Shown here: positions 58,643 to 64,000 of the stretch, one piece after another
How positions within the stretch are numbered: position 1 is the stretch's first letter
Layout: the number at the start of each line of letters is the position of its first letter
DNA from: an uncultured bacterium
Lineage (GTDB): Bacteria > Zixibacteria > MSB-5A5 > CAIYYT01
Direction: 5' to 3'
Assembly (NCBI GenBank): GCA_903930455.1
Contig: CAIYYT010000002.1
Coordinates: forward strand, 6,479-70,478
Length of the DNA: 64,000 nucleotides
Program-made: the position numbers and the translations under genes
Notes under the pieces: model-generated
Told to the model about the DNA's origin: nothing
Seen by the model: the letters and a program-made list of their open reading frames with translations, nothing else
Database searches by the model: none

Positions 58643-59638
58643 TTAACTACTTCTAACATTTTTCGTTGTACTTTTGGCATTTTGAGTCCAGATAGCTTGG
58701 GTTAGAGCTTCCGTTCTTGCAAAATAGAAGATCAGATAGAGTACCACTAAATGGAAGAAATATCTGAAATTCTTGTACTGCAGAATTCGGTACAAAGCAG
58801 TAGCAACCGGCACCCACAAGAACAGGGCCGGAATCACCGTGGGGTTGAGAGTTCCCACCTCAACAAAGTACACAGCGAATACCGTCGCAAGCGCACTCAG
58901 AAGAAAGAGAACATGCATGATCATCGGTTTGTCTAGTCGAGTACCTATTCCCAACTTGAAACCTCCAATTGCGTGCCACTTCTTTTGACGATAAAACTGT
59001 CTTAACGTCTCTGGAACTCCCAAGTTAATGACGCGAACATCTGGGTTCTCGATGATAATGAAACCCGCGAGGTTTATCTTCAGGCCAATATCAGAATCCT
59101 CATCTGTCACTAGTTCATCATCAAATCCCTCGATCGATTCAAAAACCTGTCTTTTCACAACAAGATTTGCTGAGTTAAGATAGTGAACAGCTGTTTGATG
59201 GCGCACGCGAGACGATTGCCACGCCCGGACCATCCAGTTGGCATCAAGGGGTGGATCACACGTTGACCCGGTCGCACCTACATTATCGTCTCCCAACGTT
59301 GTTTCTACCGACTGTCTCCAGTCCTTGCACAACAGACAGTCACTATCAATGAACGCAAAGATATCTCCTTTAGCGGCATTAGCGCCGCGATTTCGCAAAG
59401 CTCCAATAGTGATGTCAGGATATTGAAGTATCCTCACACTTGGATAACCTCGTACAATAGATAGGGTAGTATCAGTCGAACCGTTATCGACGACAATGAT
59501 CTCGTCTTCGGGCGCCATCTCACTACAAATGTGACCTAAACAGCCCTTGATATATTTTTCACCATTAAGAACCGGTATTATAAAACTTATCGTAATTCTA
59601 CTTGGGTCGAGATTCATCGAATATGCTATCCTTGCCAC
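58643..59638 (-). CDS. Glycosyltransferase family 2
   Basis: SFIIPVLN, VVDNGSTD, RNRGA, FIDSDC, GFDD..EDSD. Confidence 0.92.
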   Translation of the reverse strand: MARIAYSMNLDPSRITISFIIPVLNGEKYIKGCLGHICSEMAPEDEIIVVDNGSTDTTLSIVRGYPSVRILQYPDITIGALRNRGANAAKGDIFAFIDSDCLLCKDWRQSVETTLGDDNVGATGSTCDPPLDANWMVRAWQSSRVRHQTAVHYLNSANLVVKRQVFESIEGFDDELVTDEDSDIGLKINLAGFIIIENPDVRVINLGVPETLRQFYRQKKWHAIGGFKLGIGTRLDKPMIMHVLFLLSALATVFAVYFVEVGTLNPTVIPALFLWVPVATALYRILQYKNFRYFFHLVVLYLIFYFARTEALTQAIWTQNAKSTTKNVRSS

Positions 59639-59709
59639 GCCTTCACGTTATTCAAAATACTAACACTCATTCTCAGCTACGGTGTAGCGCGATATGTGAC
59701 CTCGGGAGG

Positions 59710-60483
59710 TTAATCCCCCCTTGATTCTGCCGGACTCAGGTGCCACTTGAGAACACGCAACAGGTTCAAGGAAAACTCTAACAGCGCCAATGATCTGTTT
59801 CTGCGTCGCAGAAAGCGACGATGTGGCTGACATTCTAAAAATGGACTCCAGCAAACAAACTTCCCCTGTCGTAAAACTTCCACAATCCCGTCATTGCTAC
59901 AGCTTACACCACTGAGCTTCAGTCCCATATTGGCATACCCTTTTTGCCGATGAAAACCAAGGTCGAAAGAGACATAGATTTTCGGGTTGGTCTTGCGAAA
60001 AGAGCAGAACCGGTTAACAGATTTCATCTGAGGAAGATACAGACTGTCCACGGCTCGATTCCAGATTTCCGCGCCATCAAGCTTCTCGATCCAAACATCC
60101 CTGAACATACACTCTTCGGATTTCGAAGGATGGGACAAAACCGCCACCCCTCCATAAGCGTGGATATAGTCGCTGACACAGCCCGGATTTGTATCTTTTG
60201 TCATCGAATTGATCCCTATTCCCATGATATGAATTTCTCCGTCACAGGAGTACTCGAGGCCAGGAATAAACTTAAACTCTTCGTCGGATAGCTTCGCACA
60301 TTGCTCCAGTAGAGTTTCAAATTGAGCCGGCGTAACGTCTTGAAAATGATCAGTCAGACAGACGAAATGAAATCCATGATCTTGGAAGAAGATCTTCAGC
60401 TCGGAAAGCGTATGAACACCATCGTGGGACAATTGCGTGTGAACATGAACCGCACCCTTCAAGCTTCTCTTGTCGTTTGTCAC
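59710..60483 (-). CDS. PHP domain protein
   Basis: HVHTQLSHDG, LTDH, IPGLEY, LSHP, AEIWN. Confidence 0.85.
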   Translation of the reverse strand: MTNDKRSLKGAVHVHTQLSHDGVHTLSELKIFFQDHGFHFVCLTDHFQDVTPAQFETLLEQCAKLSDEEFKFIPGLEYSCDGEIHIMGIGINSMTKDTNPGCVSDYIHAYGGVAVLSHPSKSEECMFRDVWIEKLDGAEIWNRAVDSLYLPQMKSVNRFCSFRKTNPKIYVSFDLGFHRQKGYANMGLKLSGVSCSNDGIVEVLRQGKFVCWSPFLECQPHRRFLRRRNRSLALLEFSLNLLRVLKWHLSPAESRGD

Positions 60484-61712
60484 CGGCGTCCTTTCAGTTT
60501 CCCAATTACCGAGGCCAGATAGTCCCTCAATTCTCTTCGGGCCGGCCCCAAGTCATCAACGTGCAACATTTCGTTCTTTGATGAACTCCAAGTTTCCTTA
60601 ACGAAGTCCACTAGAACGCCGATTCGCCCGGGATAGTCACGCGATAGCGACAGCGTCTTCCGTCGGTGCAACCATATAATGAGTAGATGATCGACGTCGC
60701 CCAGGTACCAGCGCGACTGAAGACCGATAGGATAAGTTTCGGGAAACACTGGCGAAACCTTCTGACTGACTTGATAGAGCCAGTACGGGAAATCCATCCC
60801 ACAATCAATGGCAAGTTGTAGCGATCCCCAAAATCGACCGTTAATCTCCATCAGTTTGGGCGTGTTGTCGCGTGCGTCCAGTTTGAACTCGACCATTGCC
60901 ACGCCGGTCCAATTCAAGGCTTTCAGCAGTTTGCAACTATACGTGGATAGACGGTCATCAAGTTGAGCTGATTCTCTAAGCACGCTCACACCACCTGACG
61001 GCGGCTTTTCTCTCAATCGACGATGGGCAAACAATGCTAACGGTTCGCCGCGAAGACACAGAGCAAACAGGCCGCATCCAGATCCTTCGATCCGCTCCTG
61101 AACAATCGGAGCCGGCATGTTGGCATGACTCTCGGCGAATTTCGCAATCAGTTCATCCCGGGAATTAGCATATTGGACATGACCATTAGCAAACGAGTTC
61201 CCGATTCGCATTCGCGACCGGCGAGCCTTGAGCACAACAGGATACTGCAGGTTGACAGCGACGGTTTCAAGTTGCGCAGTGTCGTTCGGGAACAACGTGG
61301 CAGGTACGGGAATGCCGAGAGACTGAGCCAGCTTGATGAGTTCTGCTTTGTCCGAAGCAAGCGAATAAGCGTCGCCATCCGGTAGAGCAACAGAAAGTAA
61401 CGGACGCAGTTGTTCAATAATCTCCGCGGTTAGAGTACAGGCAAGATCAGTCATTGGAATAAGCAGCTTGTAACTATGCCTCTTGACGTGCTCTAACAAA
61501 GCTTGCTGAAATCCGATCGGATCCGACACCGGTGAAGGGTACACAAACTGGCCAGAGCAAAACTTTGAACAGGCAGCGAGGCTCTTGTCTCGCCGCTCGC
61601 CCACAATCACTTGTAGTCCCTTTCGACCCAGTGAGCGAACAACGGCTACGGTGGCTCGTTGATCGCCGTCGGTTACCAGCACATCCATAAAAGACAAGTT
61701 GCCTTTGTTCAT
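60480..61712 (-). CDS. ATP-grasp domain protein
   Basis: VRSLGRKG, YPVVLK, IVQERIEG, HRRLREKPPSGG, MVEFK, LMEINGRFWGS. Confidence 0.92.
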   Translation of the reverse strand: MNKGNLSFMDVLVTDGDQRATVAVVRSLGRKGLQVIVGERRDKSLAACSKFCSGQFVYPSPVSDPIGFQQALLEHVKRHSYKLLIPMTDLACTLTAEIIEQLRPLLSVALPDGDAYSLASDKAELIKLAQSLGIPVPATLFPNDTAQLETVAVNLQYPVVLKARRSRMRIGNSFANGHVQYANSRDELIAKFAESHANMPAPIVQERIEGSGCGLFALCLRGEPLALFAHRRLREKPPSGGVSVLRESAQLDDRLSTYSCKLLKALNWTGVAMVEFKLDARDNTPKLMEINGRFWGSLQLAIDCGMDFPYWLYQVSQKVSPVFPETYPIGLQSRWYLGDVDHLLIIWLHRRKTLSLSRDYPGRIGVLVDFVKETWSSSKNEMLHVDDLGPARRELRDYLASVIGKLKGRR

Positions 61713-61775
61713 AACATCCAGATTGGCATCGGAGAAACTACTTCCATTTTCCTCGACGTTTCCATGATCATTATG

Positions 61776-62816
61776 TTACTTCTTGTAGATAAACAAGAAT
61801 GAATGACAGAAGAACCCCTTGCCCTCCAACGCCGTTAGCCATCGTAAAAGAGTACAATGGAACCATTTCCTAGTTCCGAAGGGCAATTCATGAATTTTGC
61901 TACTAAGATGCTTGACAATTTCAATTTTGTTCAGCTTAACAAAATCTACGGGATGGCGGTAATTGGGCCAGGGATGATACTCACTCTCCTGCGAATAGCC
62001 GGCGTTTTTTAACATATCTCGGTACCCTGATAACGAGTGGGTATGCATGAAATAATCCTTGCCGGTTCGCAATTTGAAATAGGATTGTGCCATCCATCGC
62101 GGCATAAGGCTGGTAAATCGAATGAAGCTGTGGTCATCCGCCTGTCCAAGAAAATAGCGCAGGCTAAATCTGTTCTCAATCCCAATGTAGATTAGTCCTC
62201 CGGACACCAAAACCCTGTAAGCTTCCCTTAACGCTTGCATCTGAATATCCATTGGAGTTCTTTTCGTGTCATCGCCACCGAGCCACTCTAACACACCATT
62301 AAAAATGACAATATCAAAAGACTCTGAAGGATATGGAAGAGCCATAGCCGACGCGAGGGCCGTACTAATGTTAAACAAGCCACACTCTTCTGCTCTCAAT
62401 TGAACAAATTTTACACGTTCAATGGTTGCATCAATCGCAGTAACATGTTTGATATTCCGGGCAATGGGTATTGTATTTGTGCCCCATCCACAGCCAACAT
62501 CCAGTACTTTGGTATTCGTATCCAAGGGTAGGAGGTTAATCCATTTTGCGCGATTTTCGTCCAGTGCATAGTCCTGTATCCAAGGATCATCTATGACAAC
62601 AGAGATTGCGTTCCGATACCCGGAGGTCTTGGCCAGTTCAATTAGCCTTGTCATTCGCTCCCGATCGATCTCGCCATAGTAATTATCAATATTGTAGAAA
62701 ACAGGAATGCTTTCAATCAACGGGAAACTAACAGAACATGATGTGCAGCGAAGCGATTTCCCTAAGTCTTGAATTGATCCTCGACAGACAGGACAACTAT
62801 ATATTTGAGAAGTCAT
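61776..62816 (-). CDS. SAM methyltransferase with N-terminal Zn-ribbon (Trm112-like)
   Basis: CPVC..CTSC; VLDVGCGWG; FDIVIFNGVLEW; IGIENR. Confidence 0.9.
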   Translation of the reverse strand: MTSQIYSCPVCRGSIQDLGKSLRCTSCSVSFPLIESIPVFYNIDNYYGEIDRERMTRLIELAKTSGYRNAISVVIDDPWIQDYALDENRAKWINLLPLDTNTKVLDVGCGWGTNTIPIARNIKHVTAIDATIERVKFVQLRAEECGLFNISTALASAMALPYPSESFDIVIFNGVLEWLGGDDTKRTPMDIQMQALREAYRVLVSGGLIYIGIENRFSLRYFLGQADDHSFIRFTSLMPRWMAQSYFKLRTGKDYFMHTHSLSGYRDMLKNAGYSQESEYHPWPNYRHPVDFVKLNKIEIVKHLSSKIHELPFGTRKWFHCTLLRWLTALEGKGFFCHSFLFIYKK

Positions 62817-63254
62817 ATGTAGCCTTTCTTTGAACGTTGATCGACGGTTCCGACATCAATCTCTTGCCCATATCTCCCACGTATTCCTTAATTTCAAAAC
62901 AGTCAGGACTTCCGATCATTGACCTTATTTATGGACGCTGGTCACATAGTACTTCTCGATCGTTTCGCGAGCCACTTCTTCCAGCCCAAGCATGAGCTTG
63001 CACTCTTCAATCTGGACCTCGTCGCGAGCAACGATCCCAATGTAATGCAGGCGAAGATTATTCCCCAAAGCATTCATGTGTCGTTCCACTTGCCTTATAT
63101 CGGTCATTCTTGGCAAGCCGACAGTCGCCAGCGATATCGCACGCAAGGTCGTTGTTGTCAATTGGAAGGCGAAAATAAATAAAAACATGAATTGCAGGTC
63201 GTTGTTACAATAACAAAAAATATACACAAGATCTGTTGAGACCGATCGTTAAAA

Positions 63255-64000
63255 TCAGGCGCCCCTTCTGAACAGCGACTTGATGGCTCGGCGGCTATCC
63301 AAAAGTCCCTTAGTCAGGCGGCCCGGAAGCTTGGCCAGCAAAGAGAAAGAGAGAGGAGCATTCTCTACATCTGATAGTTCTTTGCGGGCATCCCTAGCAT
63401 TGCCCCTCAGAAGCAGCCTTCCTATCCAGAGGAGTTGTTCTTCTCTGAGCCGCTGCCGGTATAATGCATCGTGCTCTCGCAAAAATTCCGGGTCGGCGCC
63501 CCAGACTCTCCGCAAAATACGGATTCTCGAAGAAGCAACGTCAGACAGATCGAGGTCAATGAGTTGCTGTCCTGAGTGATGATACACCAAGGCAGTTTCG
63601 CAATGCAGATAGACGCCTATGCCTGCGCGCGCCAGTCGAGCGCTACACTCCCATTCCTCGGCAGTCGGCGTATCCTCTGCGAACCGCAGATTGTCACCGG
63701 CTTCCAGCCGCCTCACAATCAGAGTGTTAACGGAGACATAACTAGTATAACACTGCGACCGATAGAGATTGTCTCCTTCAAAGCACATACAGTCTTGCAT
63801 CCCACTTGGAAGCGCTATGAACGACGAAACCGGCCTCGATGCCCCCATGATCTCGTGCCAGTCTAATTCCGGGCCATCGTGAGGCTTCAGTGCAAAATGA
63901 CGGATAGAGCCATCTCTGAAACGGCTGGCATAATTCGTGAAACAGAACAACAGTTCGGGCCGAGCTGCCATAAAAGACCGTAGGAGCAAGAGATGTCCGG
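63255..64000 (-). CDS. Probable GT2 glycosyltransferase, C-terminal part (5' end beyond window)
   Basis: Open to the window edge; FMAARPE..FTNY, FAED..AEEWE; EPS context. Confidence 0.6.
   Translation of the reverse strand, partial: GHLLLLRSFMAARPELLFCFTNYASRFRDGSIRHFALKPHDGPELDWHEIMGASRPVSSFIALPSGMQDCMCFEGDNLYRSQCYTSYVSVNTLIVRRLEAGDNLRFAEDTPTAEEWECSARLARAGIGVYLHCETALVYHHSGQQLIDLDLSDVASSRIRILRRVWGADPEFLREHDALYRQRLREEQLLWIGRLLLRGNARDARKELSDVENAPLSFSLLAKLPGRLTKGLLDSRRAIKSLFRRGA

Noticed and set aside
62820..63254. 100-aa minus-strand ORF as a gene fragment
   Set aside because: May be a pseudogene remnant but the family cannot be identified from sequence alone

Overview
Bacterial window. The co-occurrence of a dockerin, FlgD/T9SS-like tails and PEP-CTERM tails suggests Zixibacteria or an FCB relative; this is inference. 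Most of it is a sigma54-regulated PEP-CTERM/exopolysaccharide locus (1-8.3 kb and 24.5-64 kb): priming sugar transferase, flippase, chain-length determinant, O-antigen-ligase-like polymerase, GT2/GT4 enzymes, deacetylases, FemAB, GNAT, ATP-grasp, CapA, CapK-like ligase and a NadE-ACP-AMP ligase-AsnB module. A ~16 kb co-oriented island with no visible integrase (~8.6-24.3 kb) interrupts it. The island encodes a replication-relaxation protein next to iteron-like repeats, a hairpin and a 93-nt pure-purine tract, then a metallopeptidase-vWA protein, a MoxR-like AAA+, a SAP-motif protein, a coiled-coil protein and a HerA/VirB4-like ATPase with wHTH and PD-(D/E)XK-like domains. Inside it, two unrelated secreted cargo genes sit in tandem behind a duplicated promoter plus signal peptide, joined by a hybrid scar made from the two flanking core genes. 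Also present: a MITE with a 4-bp target duplication and nested IS110/IS1380 remnants. All calls come from reading motifs by eye; no searches were run.
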